Program-made: the position numbers and the translations under genes
Notes under the pieces: generated by a model
Databases searched by the model: none
Seen by the model: the letters and a program-made list of their open reading frames with translations, nothing else
Told to the model about the DNA's origin: nothing
Part shown: positions 29,038-39,004 of the stretch, piece after piece
Layout: every line of letters begins with the position of its first letter
Numbering within the stretch: position 1 is the stretch's first letter
Assembly: GCA_963749705.1 (NCBI GenBank)
Contig: CAVVNQ010000002.1
Coordinates: forward strand, 192,001 to 256,000
Length of the DNA: 64,000 nt
Direction of reading: 5' to 3'
Origin: an uncultured Chloroflexia bacterium
GTDB lineage: Bacteria; Chloroflexota; Limnocylindria; Limnocylindrales; CSP1-4

Positions 29038-30615
29038 ATGGATGCGTCCCCCGAGATCGTGATCGTCAGCCCCCGCAGACGGCGAGCCGTCCTCGGGGTC
29101 GTCGCCGTGTCCCTGATGATGGTGGTGTCCGCCGTCAGCGGGCTCAACGTCGCCCTGCCCAGCCTCGCCACCGAGACGGGCGCCACGCAGTCGCAGCTGC
29201 AGTGGATCGTCGATGCCTACACCGTCGTGTTCGCGGGCCTGCTGTTGTTTGCGGGGGCGGTGGGGGACCGGTTCGGACGGCGCGAGACGCTGATGGGGGG
29301 CCTGGCCGTGTTCGGGCTGTCGGCCCTGGGTGCGATGTTCACGTCGGACCCGACGGTCCTGATCGGCCTCCGCGCCGGGATGGGGATCGGCGCCGCGTTC
29401 GTGATGCCCACGACCTTGTCGGTGATCACGACCTCGTTTCCTGCGGATGAGCGCGGGCGCGCCGTTGGCGTGTGGGTCGGGGTGGCCGGTGGAGGTGCCG
29501 TGCTGGGCCTGTTCGGGGCGGGCCTGCTCCTCGAGTGGTTCTCCTGGAACTCGTTCTTCGCGCTCAATGTCGTCCTCGCCGTCATCGCGCTGATCGGGAC
29601 GGTCGCGCTCATCCCCACCAGCCGCGATGCCGATCCGCCGGCGCTCAACGCGGGCAGCGCCGTGCTGTCGCTGATCGGAATCTCGGCGCTCGTGTTCGGG
29701 ATCATCGAGGGTCCCACGTCGGGGTGGGACGACCCGTCGGTGGTCGTCGCCCTGGTCGGCGGGGTCGTCGCCCTGGTGCTCTTCGTTGCCGTGGAGCTGC
29801 GGGCAACGGCGCCCATGCTCGACCCGCGGCTGTTCCTGCTCCGCGGGTTCGGCACCGGATCGCTGTCGATCAGCGCGCAGTTCTTCGCGGCCTTCGGCTT
29901 CTTCTTCATCGTCATGCAGTACCTGCAGTTCGTGAACGGGTTCTCGCCGCTCACCGCGGCCGCCGCGCTGCTGCCGATGCCGTTCGTCCTGATCCCGACC
30001 GCGCGCAACGCTCCGCGACTCGCCGATCGGTTCGGGTTCTCGCGGGTCGGGGCGCTGGGGTTGACGCTGATCGCGGCCGGGTTCCTCGTGATCTCCGCGC
30101 TCGGGCCGGACCTCGTCTATTGGCAGTTCGCGATCGGCGTCGTGCTGTTCGCGATGGGCATGGGCATGGCCGGTACGCCGGCGACCACCGCGATCGTGTC
30201 CTCGCTGCCCGCCGCCAAACAGGGCGTTGCGTCCGCCGTCAACGACACGGCACGCGAGGTGGGCAGCGCGTTCGGGATCGCGATCCTCGGCAGCGTCCTC
30301 AACAGCACGTACCGGGATGCGATGGCCGGGGCGGTCGCCGGGTTGCCGCCGCAGGTCGCCGAGGCGGCAAGGAGCTCGATCGCGTTCGTCCAGTTCGGGC
30401 CGATCGAGCAGCTGGGTGAGCGCGGCGCGGCCCTCGTGACCGCCGCCAACCAGGCGTTTGCGAGCGGCGTGTCGGCCGCCGTCCTCACCGCGAGCGTGGT
30501 GCTGATCGGCGCGGCGGTCGTGGTCCTGGCGTTCGGGCCGCGCGGTGCCGCCGCGCGGGCGGCGACGGCCGTCGGCCGCGACGAGACCGCCGAGCTCGAG
30601 GCGGTTGCCGGGTAG
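29038..30615 (+). CDS. DHA2-type (14-TMS) MFS efflux transporter
   Basis: LNVALP, WIVDAY, GDRFGRR, PMLDPRLF, GVASAVN. Confidence 0.92.
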   Translation: MDASPEIVIVSPRRRRAVLGVVAVSLMMVVSAVSGLNVALPSLATETGATQSQLQWIVDAYTVVFAGLLLFAGAVGDRFGRRETLMGGLAVFGLSALGAMFTSDPTVLIGLRAGMGIGAAFVMPTTLSVITTSFPADERGRAVGVWVGVAGGGAVLGLFGAGLLLEWFSWNSFFALNVVLAVIALIGTVALIPTSRDADPPALNAGSAVLSLIGISALVFGIIEGPTSGWDDPSVVVALVGGVVALVLFVAVELRATAPMLDPRLFLLRGFGTGSLSISAQFFAAFGFFFIVMQYLQFVNGFSPLTAAAALLPMPFVLIPTARNAPRLADRFGFSRVGALGLTLIAAGFLVISALGPDLVYWQFAIGVVLFAMGMGMAGTPATTAIVSSLPAAKQGVASAVNDTAREVGSAFGIAILGSVLNSTYRDAMAGAVAGLPPQVAEAARSSIAFVQFGPIEQLGERGAALVTAANQAFASGVSAAVLTASVVLIGAAVVVLAFGPRGAAARAATAVGRDETAELEAVAG

Positions 30616-30640
30616 CGTCGGACCGGGAACCGGATCAACG

Positions 30641-30678
30641 GAAGAGGCCCGCCGTCGCCGGCGGGCCTCTCCTCTTCT
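30641..30678. terminator. Probable bidirectional terminator
   Basis: AGAGGCCCGCCG-TCGC-CGGCGGGCCTCT 12-bp stem between convergent genes. Confidence 0.7.
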
Positions 30679-30696
30679 GCTGGGTTCAGCCCCGGG

Positions 30697-33450
30697 TTAC
30701 AGGCCCGCGGCGCTGATCATCCAGATGCCGCGACCGTGGGTCGCTGCGTACAGATTGCCATCGGGGCCAAGCTCCACGTCCATCACGACGGTGGCCGGGA
30801 AGTTGGAGCCGAGGCGCTGCCAGGTGGTGCTGCCCGACGCGCGGTAGAGCACGCCGAGGTCCGTGCCGACGACGATGCCGCCGGTGGACGTGACCTTGAT
30901 GCTGCTGGCCGGAACATCCGGGAAGTTGCCGGCAACCTTCGGATCGCCGCCGATGTCGGTCCAGGTCGCACCGTGGTCGGTCGACTCGAAGATGTGGCCG
31001 ATGCCGGCGCCCGGACCCTCGGTGAAGCGGCGGCTGAAGCCATTCATCGCGAGGAACAGGTTGCCGTCACCGTCGACGGCAACACCGCCGACGTAGCGGT
31101 TCGGTACCACGTCGCCGCCGAGCGAGCCGTCAAGCGTCGCCTCGCTCCAGTCCCACTTCGTTCCATTGAAGTGGCCCACGGACACGCCGCGCGTGAACCC
31201 GGCGTTGTTGCAGCCGCCGCACCAGCCGGCGATCGCAGTGTCGCCGGTGTATGCGATGGCCGTCGCGACCTGGGCTCCGCTGCCCGGGAACGTGTACACC
31301 TTGTCCCACTCACTGCCGGAACGGATGTCGAACCCGTTCGACTGGAACCAGATGCTGTGCCCGCCGGCGAGCCAGTTGTCGATGTTGCCGGCATCGGCCG
31401 CGAACGGCGCGATGAACCGGGCGTTGATGTCGGGCGGCGAGATGTCGACGGTCGTGGCGAGGCTCTTGTCGAAGAACGCGCCGTAGGTCGGGTCCTGCGG
31501 GTTGGCGCAGGTCCAGGTGACCTCCATCGACAGGTAGACGTACTCCTGGACGATGTTGCAGCCGTTGTTCGGGTCGACGAGGACGTCGCCGCCATCGCCG
31601 CCGAAGTTGGAGCTCATGGCAGACCCGCCGACTCGCATCACCGAGCCGCCGTTGTCCTGGAGGCCGCCGCTCACGATCGCGCCGGTGCCCGCCGGAGCCA
31701 GGTCCGCGTTGTCAGCGGCAAGCCCGACGCCCACCGCGTAATACTGGAGCGCGTCGATGGAGCCGTCGTTGAGGCTCTTCCAGTCGATCGCGTTGCCGTT
31801 GCGGTCGACCTTGCCGTTGATCGGCCGGCGGTAGACGCCGCCGTCATTGCCGACGTAGACGTAGGTCTTGCCGTGGTACGTGCCGACGGCAGCCGAGTGC
31901 TGGTCGGGATGTGTCGTCTGGGGGCAGCGGTTCGCCGCCGGCGACGTTCCCTCGGGGTTCGACGGATAGACGCTGTCCGGCGCCCAGCAGCTGAAGTAGA
32001 AGTTCCAGTACGGGCCGACGGTGTTCCAGCCGGAGCCACCATTGGTCGTCTCGTAGACCTCCTCGAGGCCCGCGTACACGTGATCCGCATTCTGCGGGTC
32101 GACGATCAGGAACTGGTTGTACCAGCTCTGGATGCCCGGGCCGTAGCCCTTGCCGCCGATGCTCTGCTTGAGCGCCGACCCGGAGTTGGCGAGCTTGCGC
32201 TGGTCGGCGACCTTGGTCCACGGCCCGGTGATCGAGCCGTTCTTCGAGACGTAGATGCCGTCCAGGTAGCTGTTGACCGTCCCGGTCAGCTTGTTGAGCA
32301 GCACCGGTGACTGGTTCATGACGTACAGCTTCGAGCCGTCGGAGGCCCAGGCGAAGCTCGCGTTGCCGATGTCCTTGGGGTTGATCGCCCCGGTCGGGTT
32401 GATCTTGACCCAGTCGTTGCCGCTGCCGGCGTCGTGGGTCTCGTAGAAGCCGTTGTACGCGTCGCCGCTGCGCCAGCCGACGGCCGCGATCACGTGGGTC
32501 GGGTCGTTGGGGTCGACGGCGATGTCGTTGACGATGTTCTTGTAGGCAGCGTTCGCGTTCGTTGCATCGGCCCCACCGGGCAGGAACGACGGGTTGGGCG
32601 CGAACGACCGGGTCCAGGCCCCGCTCGTGTCGGAGGCGCTGTGGTAGTACACGCCGCGGAGGGTGGCGACCCAGGCGAGCCCGTTGCCGCCGAACCGGAT
32701 GGCGTTGATGGTCGTGCTCTCGAGCTCATCGCCGCCGACGCGGTCTGCCATCGTGAACTCGCCGCTCGTGGGGTCGGCGAGCCGGTAGACGCCGCTGCCG
32801 ACGTAGCTGGTGCCGCCCGTGTTCGCCTCGCCCGTGGCGTACCACAGCGAGCCGTCAGGGGCGAGCTGGAGGTCGCCGGTCGAGAGGGACGGGAGCTTGT
32901 CCGCGATCGGGGTCCACTGGCCGCCGCCCGTTGAGGAGCGCCACACGCCGCCGTCGGCGCCGCCCGCGTACACGTGCCCGCTGCCGTCGGCCGCGAGGCC
33001 CGTGATCCGCCCGGTCACCAGGCCCGAGCCGCCGCTGGAGTTGGAGTAGTAGTCCCGGTAGTTGGGATCGTCCGCGTTGTACGGGACGTTCGTGACCTCG
33101 TCCCAGCTTCCGCCGGTGGCGGTGAGCCCGGTCAGATGGCCGTAGGCGTCGGAGTACGCACCGGCATTGACGATGCCCGGCGCGGTGCGCGCCTGGGCGA
33201 ACTGCTCCATTGCGGTCTGGAGCTCGGCTGCCTCGCCGCCCGCTCCGCCGTTGGCGACGCCCTGCGACCCTTCCTGCAGGTCCTTCTCGTCAAGGGCGCC
33301 GAGGAACTCCTCTGCCGCTCGCGGCAGCAACGTCTGGTCCTGGTCCTTCGCATCGCGCGGGGCGGACAGTCGTCCGACCGCCAGAACGCCGGCGACCAGC
33401 ATCACAACGGCGCCGAGCACGAGTGCACGGCGCCGCGTCAACGACATCAT
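30697..33450 (-). CDS. Large secreted Asp-box (BNR) beta-propeller protein, sialidase/GH74/VPS10-like
   Basis: Signal TRRRALVLG...; Asp-boxes WRSSTGGGQW, YETTNGGSGW, ESTDHGATW; GGLQDNG, GGDGG, ATHGRGIW. Confidence 0.8.
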   Translation of the reverse strand: MMSLTRRRALVLGAVVMLVAGVLAVGRLSAPRDAKDQDQTLLPRAAEEFLGALDEKDLQEGSQGVANGGAGGEAAELQTAMEQFAQARTAPGIVNAGAYSDAYGHLTGLTATGGSWDEVTNVPYNADDPNYRDYYSNSSGGSGLVTGRITGLAADGSGHVYAGGADGGVWRSSTGGGQWTPIADKLPSLSTGDLQLAPDGSLWYATGEANTGGTSYVGSGVYRLADPTSGEFTMADRVGGDELESTTINAIRFGGNGLAWVATLRGVYYHSASDTSGAWTRSFAPNPSFLPGGADATNANAAYKNIVNDIAVDPNDPTHVIAAVGWRSGDAYNGFYETHDAGSGNDWVKINPTGAINPKDIGNASFAWASDGSKLYVMNQSPVLLNKLTGTVNSYLDGIYVSKNGSITGPWTKVADQRKLANSGSALKQSIGGKGYGPGIQSWYNQFLIVDPQNADHVYAGLEEVYETTNGGSGWNTVGPYWNFYFSCWAPDSVYPSNPEGTSPAANRCPQTTHPDQHSAAVGTYHGKTYVYVGNDGGVYRRPINGKVDRNGNAIDWKSLNDGSIDALQYYAVGVGLAADNADLAPAGTGAIVSGGLQDNGGSVMRVGGSAMSSNFGGDGGDVLVDPNNGCNIVQEYVYLSMEVTWTCANPQDPTYGAFFDKSLATTVDISPPDINARFIAPFAADAGNIDNWLAGGHSIWFQSNGFDIRSGSEWDKVYTFPGSGAQVATAIAYTGDTAIAGWCGGCNNAGFTRGVSVGHFNGTKWDWSEATLDGSLGGDVVPNRYVGGVAVDGDGNLFLAMNGFSRRFTEGPGAGIGHIFESTDHGATWTDIGGDPKVAGNFPDVPASSIKVTSTGGIVVGTDLGVLYRASGSTTWQRLGSNFPATVVMDVELGPDGNLYAATHGRGIWMISAAGL

Positions 33451-33719
33451 TCGATCACTTCCTCCAGTGAATGGGATGTCAGCGGATCTCGGGGATTCCG
33501 CGGTGACCACACCCTACGACATCCGGCCCATGAAGGCAGTCCAAAGGTCATTGCAAGTGTGGAGCCGGAGCACCACGGGTCGTTGCAGATTCATGGTTTG
33601 TGGTGCACACAGGCACCGGCACCGGCGACAAGCCTGCTGACAACCCCTGCCAACGACGACGGACGCCGCCCGGGCATCACCGGCCCGGGCATCACCCCCA
33701 TGCCCGGTACCCTTGGGCG

Positions 33720-35396
33720 ATGCCCGCCGAGTTCATCTACACCACGTACCGGCTCGCCCGACACTATCCGCCGGACCGGACCGTGCTCGAGGACATCTCG
33801 CTGTCGTTCTATCCGGGCGCCAAGATCGGCGTCATCGGTCCCAACGGCGCGGGCAAGTCGAGCCTGCTGCGGATCATGGCCGGCCTCGACGACGGGTTCA
33901 CCGGTGACGCCCGGCTGACGCCGGGGTTCAGCGTTGGTCTTCTCAGCCAGGAGCCGCAGCTCGATCCGGACAAGGACGTCAAGGGCAACGTCCTCGACGG
34001 CGTGCGCGAGGTCCACGGCCTGATCGAGCAGTACAACGCCGTGATGGCCAGGTGGGCCGAGCCGGATGCGGACTACGAGGCCGTCGGAGCCGAGCAGGCC
34101 GCGCTGGAGGACCGGATCAACGCGACGGACGCCTGGAACCTGGAGCGCAACGTCGATATCGCGATGGATGCGCTGCGCTGCCCGCCCGACGACGCCGACG
34201 TCACCACGCTGTCCGGCGGTGAGAAGCGACGTGTCGCGCTGTGCCGCCTGCTGCTCAGCCACCCCGACCTGCTGCTGCTCGATGAGCCGACCAATCACCT
34301 CGACGCCGAATCGGTCGAGTGGCTGGAGCGGTTCCTCCAGGAGTACTCGGGGACCGTGGTCGCGATCACCCATGATCGGTACTTCCTGGACAACGTCGCG
34401 CAGTGGATCCTGGAGCTCGATCGCGGGCGGGGCATCCCGTTCTCGGGCAACTACTCCGGCTGGCTGGAGCAGAAGCTGGCCCGCATGGCTGCCGAGAACC
34501 GGACCGCGGACGCTCGGGCCCGAACGCTGGCACGCGAGCTCGAGTGGGTGCGCATGTCGCCCCGTGCCCGGCAGTCGAAGGGCAAGGCTCGCCTGAGCGC
34601 CTACGAGCAGCTGCTGGCCGAGTCCAACGCGGCGCGGGACACCAGCCGGGAGCTCGAGATCGCGATCCCGCCGGGTCCCCGCCTGGGCGACACCGTGATC
34701 GAGGTCGCCAGCCTGCGCAAGGCCTATGGCGACCGGCTCCTGATCGAGGACCTGACGTTCTCGCTGCCACGTGCCGGGATCGTGGGCATCATCGGGGCCA
34801 ACGGCGCGGGCAAGACCACGCTGTTCCGGATGCTGGTCGGCGAGGAGCCACCGGATGCCGGGAGCATCGAGATCGGCGACACCGTCCAGCTCGCCTACGT
34901 CGACCAGGGCCGCGACGACCTGCACGCGGACCGCACCGTGTTCCAGGAGATCACCGACGGGGTCGAGATCGTCAAGGTCGGCCAGCGCGAGATCCCGGCT
35001 CGTGCCTACGTGTCCAGCTTCAACTTCCGGGGCACGGACCAGCAGAAGATGGTCGGCACGCTGTCCGGCGGCGAGCGCAACCGCGTCCACCTCGCCAAGC
35101 TGCTCCAGGCCGGCGGCAACGTCCTGCTCCTCGACGAGCCGACCAATGACCTCGACGTCGACACGCTGCGCGCCCTCGAGGCGGGCCTCGAGACATTTCC
35201 CGGCTGCGTGGTGGTGATCAGCCATGATCGCTGGTTCCTGGACCGGATCGCGACCCACATCCTTGCCTTCGAGGGGGACAGCCAGGTGCGCTGGTTCGAG
35301 GGCAACGTCTCCGACTACGAGGCGTTCCGCCACAAGGAGCTCGGCACGGCGGCCGACCAGCCACACCGGATCCGGTACAAGCGACTGGCCGGCTGA
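33720..35396 (+). CDS. ettA: Energy-dependent translational throttle protein EttA (ABC-F)
   Basis: ISLSFYPGAKIGVIGPNGAGKS, two ABC domains, ARQSKGKARL, PHRIRYK. Confidence 0.95.
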   Translation: MPAEFIYTTYRLARHYPPDRTVLEDISLSFYPGAKIGVIGPNGAGKSSLLRIMAGLDDGFTGDARLTPGFSVGLLSQEPQLDPDKDVKGNVLDGVREVHGLIEQYNAVMARWAEPDADYEAVGAEQAALEDRINATDAWNLERNVDIAMDALRCPPDDADVTTLSGGEKRRVALCRLLLSHPDLLLLDEPTNHLDAESVEWLERFLQEYSGTVVAITHDRYFLDNVAQWILELDRGRGIPFSGNYSGWLEQKLARMAAENRTADARARTLARELEWVRMSPRARQSKGKARLSAYEQLLAESNAARDTSRELEIAIPPGPRLGDTVIEVASLRKAYGDRLLIEDLTFSLPRAGIVGIIGANGAGKTTLFRMLVGEEPPDAGSIEIGDTVQLAYVDQGRDDLHADRTVFQEITDGVEIVKVGQREIPARAYVSSFNFRGTDQQKMVGTLSGGERNRVHLAKLLQAGGNVLLLDEPTNDLDVDTLRALEAGLETFPGCVVVISHDRWFLDRIATHILAFEGDSQVRWFEGNVSDYEAFRHKELGTAADQPHRIRYKRLAG

Positions 35397-35470
35397 CCGG
35401 CGACGACCGCGATCGGGTGCGAGCATCCGAGGGGGTGGGATCGCCGAGGCCTGCGGAGTATCCTGCGGCC

Positions 35471-36724
35471 ATGAGCGGGCGGGCACGAACCGTTTCCCGG
35501 AGGCCGGCGGCGTCATCGGGCCAGCGTGGCCGTGGTCAGCCGTCCGGCGCGGGCGCCGCGCGCGAGGCCGGCGAGCCGCGGACGGAGCGGATCCTGGATC
35601 TCCAGCGCACCGCGGGCAATGCCGCCGTCGCGCAGATGATCGGCGAGGAGGCGGCTCGCAACCTGCGGGCCGGATCGACCGGCGACGACGTGCGGGAGCT
35701 CCAGTCGACGCTCAACGATCGAAGCGATGTCGCGACGCCGCTCGAGGTCGACGGGATCTTCGGGCCGATCACCGACAAGGCGGTGCGAGAGCTGCAGGCG
35801 GCCAACCCGCCGCTCAAGGTCGATGGGATCGTCGGGCCGCTGACCCGCGGTGTGCTCGCCGAGCCGGGGCCGGCGGACAGCGATGCGCTGGCGCGGAAGG
35901 TGTTCTCGCGCGGTGCGCGCGCATACGATCGCGGCGATTTCGCCCACGCCTACGACTTCTTCATCCGGGCGCACGAACTGTCGCCACGACCCGGCCTGCT
36001 GTTCTCCGCGGGGCAGGCGCTGCGACGGCTCGGCGGCCGGCGTGACGAGGCGATCGCGTGCTACGAGGCCTACCTGGCCACGGGAGGTGGGACACGGCAG
36101 GCCGAAGCCCAGGCACACATCGCCGAGCTCCGCGGTCCCGCGGCGACGGGTGTGGTCGAGGTGGACGATGCCGCCGCCAGACAGGAGTTCGAGCGTGGCG
36201 CAGCGATGTACGACGCGCGCGATTTCGCGCACGCGTACGACCAGTTCACAAAAGCGTGGGAGCTCGCGCACCGCCCAGGCCTCCTGTTCTCGCGGGCGCA
36301 GGCGCTGCGCCGCCTGGGCGGGCGGGACCCGGAGGCGATCTCGCTGTACGAGCAGTACCTCTCGAGCGGCGGCGCCACCCGGATCGAGGAGACGCAGCAG
36401 CACATCAAGGATCTCCGCGGCCCTGCGGCCACGGGGATCGAGGAGGTCGATGACGCCGCGGCGCGGGCGATCTTCGAGAAGGGCGCCGTGTTCTACGACA
36501 AGGGCGATTTCGCCCACGCCTACGACGAGTTCACCCGATCGTGGGAGCTCGCGCATCGACCGGGAATCCAGTTCTCCCGCGCCCAGGCGCTGCGCCGCCT
36601 GGGCGGTCGTCGGGACGAGGCAATCTCGCTCTACGAGGCATACATCGCCAGCGGGGACGCGCGCCGCCAGGAGGAGGCGGCGCAGCACATCAAGGAGCTG
36701 AGGACGCAGGGCGCCGAGCCCTGA
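35471..36724 (+). CDS. Protein with LQRTAGN motif, peptidoglycan-binding domain and three 95-aa TPR-like repeats
   Basis: LRAGSTGDDVRELQ..L, VDGIFGPIT..AVR..Q, VDGIVGPLT; 285-bp repeat period. Confidence 0.85.
   Translation: MSGRARTVSRRPAASSGQRGRGQPSGAGAAREAGEPRTERILDLQRTAGNAAVAQMIGEEAARNLRAGSTGDDVRELQSTLNDRSDVATPLEVDGIFGPITDKAVRELQAANPPLKVDGIVGPLTRGVLAEPGPADSDALARKVFSRGARAYDRGDFAHAYDFFIRAHELSPRPGLLFSAGQALRRLGGRRDEAIACYEAYLATGGGTRQAEAQAHIAELRGPAATGVVEVDDAAARQEFERGAAMYDARDFAHAYDQFTKAWELAHRPGLLFSRAQALRRLGGRDPEAISLYEQYLSSGGATRIEETQQHIKDLRGPAATGIEEVDDAAARAIFEKGAVFYDKGDFAHAYDEFTRSWELAHRPGIQFSRAQALRRLGGRRDEAISLYEAYIASGDARRQEEAAQHIKELRTQGAEP
35879..36703 (+). repeat. Intragenic tandem triplication, 285-bp unit
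   Basis: GATTTCGCSCACGCSTACGAC at 35936, 36221 and 36506. Confidence 0.9.
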
Positions 36725-36760
36725 CCCGGCGATCCGGGCGCGACCGCGCGCTCGATCAGG

Positions 36761-37264
36761 TCAGTGCGGGGCCGGGATGGCTGCGATGTCCGCGGCGATC
36801 GTCGCCGCCCAGGCACGGATCGCCTCCCAGTCCCGGAAGTCGCCGATCGGGTGCGTCTGGAGGACCTGCGGGTCGACGTCGGCGTCGGGGAGCAGGCGTC
36901 CGCCGAAGGTGCGGTGGTCACGGGCGCCGATGGGATCGGTCGTCAGGGATACCGCCGGGGTGACCGGGAGCCGTCCCCAGTCCGCCGAGCGGTCGAGCGG
37001 ACCGCTGCTGAACAGCCATACCGGCCGGGCCTGGAGCGCCGCCAGCTGATGGACCACGAACTGGTTCGCCTCCCGCTGCCAGTGGGCGGCGTAGAGCGCG
37101 CTGCCCAGGATCACCGCGTCGTACGGCTCGAGGTCGTGGACGGTGCCGGCCGCCGCGACGTCGACCTCGAGCCCGCCGGCGCGGACGACTCGACCGATCT
37201 CGTGGGCGATCTCAGCGGTTGAGCCCAGCTTGCTGGCATAGGCGACGAGGACACGGGCAGGCAT
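36761..37264 (-). CDS. Flavodoxin-domain protein (HemG-like)
   Basis: VAYASKLGSTAEIA, YDAVILGSALY, WLFSSGP, GDFRDWEAIRAWA. Confidence 0.88.
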   Translation of the reverse strand: MPARVLVAYASKLGSTAEIAHEIGRVVRAGGLEVDVAAAGTVHDLEPYDAVILGSALYAAHWQREANQFVVHQLAALQARPVWLFSSGPLDRSADWGRLPVTPAVSLTTDPIGARDHRTFGGRLLPDADVDPQVLQTHPIGDFRDWEAIRAWAATIAADIAAIPAPH

Positions 37265-37426
37265 CTGATCCTTGATCCAGGAGTGCGGCGATCCCCGGCG
37301 GCCGCTGTACGCATCTTGCCGCATTCGCGGCCCCCGGTGCGTGGCGTGCGCGCCGGACAGCAGGGAGCCGGCGGGGGGACGCCCGCCGGCCCTGGTGATG
37401 CGACTCCCGCGCGGCGCGGGGTTGGG

Positions 37427-37979
37427 TCAGGCGCTGACCGGCGCCGGCTCGCCCGACATCAGAAGGTCGCGCACCGGTGACCCGACGCGAGACCCGACGA
37501 CTGCGTCGAGACCGTAGTACTTGCCGGCGCCAAGGCCGGTGATCGTCGCGCAGATGAGCGCGTAGGTGAGGTGCTGGTTGACGATGCCGTAGGCGAAGTC
37601 CCAGGCGGCAAGGAAGAAGAACAGCATCATCAGGGTGCCCATCGCGCCGGCGAAGCGGGTGAACAGGCCGAGGATCAGCGCGACGCCGATCCCGATCTCG
37701 CCGGCCACCACGAGGACGTTGATCACCGACATCAGGCCGGGATTGTCGGCCAGGCTGGCCCAGAAGCCGTGGCGTGGGATTGAACACGGTGCCCTCGGCG
37801 ACGTCACCGGAGACGAACGGCCATCCGAGCGTGCCGTTGGTTGCGAACTTGAGGAAGCCACTCGCGTCAAACGCCTTGGCGGCGGTCAGCTTCTCGAGCC
37901 CTGCCCACAGGAAGATGATCCCGACCAGGACGCGCAACAGCGCGATCCCGATCATGTGGATCCGGTTCGTGATTTGCAT
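37427..37979 (-). pseudogene. DoxX family membrane protein with +1 frameshift near 37771 (possible sequencing error)
   Basis: LLRVLVGIIFLWAGLEK in one frame, GEIGIGVALILGLFTR...GAGKYYGLD in another; span is 3n+1. Confidence 0.8.
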
Positions 37980-38179
37980 GGGACGCTTACCTCCTGCAAC
38001 CCTTCCGTCCGGTGATGGTTCGCCGGCGGCCCTCAATGCGGGGTTGTCTTGATGTAGTCAGCCTGCACCGGGTGCAACCATTGTGCTGTGGGCCGAGTGG
38101 CCTGTACAGCGCGTGACTTTGGGAGGTCAACGTTGGCCGGTTGGACCGGGCCGGATCGTGCGGCGCCGCAGCGGTGACG

Positions 38180-38968
38180 ATGCCGCGGGAGCAGCGGGGC
38201 CCTGGGACCCATGCAGTCGCCGGCGGCCCGGTCGCCCGCCTCGTCCGCTGGCTCTCGGCAGGTCCGACCTACCCGGCGGATGACGGTGACCGGCGGGTCG
38301 TCAGCATCCTCGGCCTGGAGCTGCCGGTCCGCGCCACGGTCGCCATCGTTGCCGTCGCGTTGCTGCTGTTGCTCGAGCAGTACGGCCAACTCAACGCCGT
38401 TGCCGAGGCGGTCGTCGGTGCCGGGGGATCCTCGGGCGCCGATCGCCAGCGCCTCCAGTCGATCGAGCGGCTGATCACGCAGGGCGCGATCCCGCTCGCC
38501 CTGGTGATCCTCGTGATGCGGGACCGGCCGTCCCGGTACGGGCTCCGGCTGGGCGATGTCCGGGCGGGGGTGGCGGTGGCCCTGGCCGGGTGCGTCGTGA
38601 TGAGTGGCGTGGTGCTGGTGACGGGGCGGTTCCCGGCGTTCGTCAGCTACTACGGGTCGCAGGGCGCGCCAGCGCCGGACGTGTTCCTGACCAGCGCGCT
38701 CGAGGTCATCCCGGCGGAGTTCTTCTTCCGAGGCTTCCTGTTGTTCGCGCTGCTCCGGGTGATGGGACCGGTCGCGGTCGTGGTCGCAACCGTGCCGTTC
38801 GCGTTTGCCCATCTGGGCAAACCCGAGATCGAGACGCTGAGCACGCTGGGCGGCGGGTTCCTGTACGGATGGCTGGACTGGCGCACCGGGTCCGTCGTGT
38901 GGAGCGGGCTTGCCCACACCTGGATCCTCGGGTTCCTGGTCATCGTCGCGTCCTCGGCAGGCGGATAG
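38180..38968 (+). CDS. CPBP/Abi family intramembrane protease, variant motifs
   Basis: AEFFFRG, FAFAHLGKPEIE, WRTGS....LAH; start uncertain. Confidence 0.82.
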   Translation: MPREQRGPGTHAVAGGPVARLVRWLSAGPTYPADDGDRRVVSILGLELPVRATVAIVAVALLLLLEQYGQLNAVAEAVVGAGGSSGADRQRLQSIERLITQGAIPLALVILVMRDRPSRYGLRLGDVRAGVAVALAGCVVMSGVVLVTGRFPAFVSYYGSQGAPAPDVFLTSALEVIPAEFFFRGFLLFALLRVMGPVAVVVATVPFAFAHLGKPEIETLSTLGGGFLYGWLDWRTGSVVWSGLAHTWILGFLVIVASSAGG

Positions 38969-39004
38969 CCGGCGACGATCCCGGCCCGGCCGTATCCTCG
39001 CGTG

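Noticed and set aside
24999-33500. Integrated element or prophage at tRNA-Arg (also checked tRNA-Pro and tRNA-Val)
   Set aside because: No integrase, phage genes or duplicated tRNA 3' end seen.
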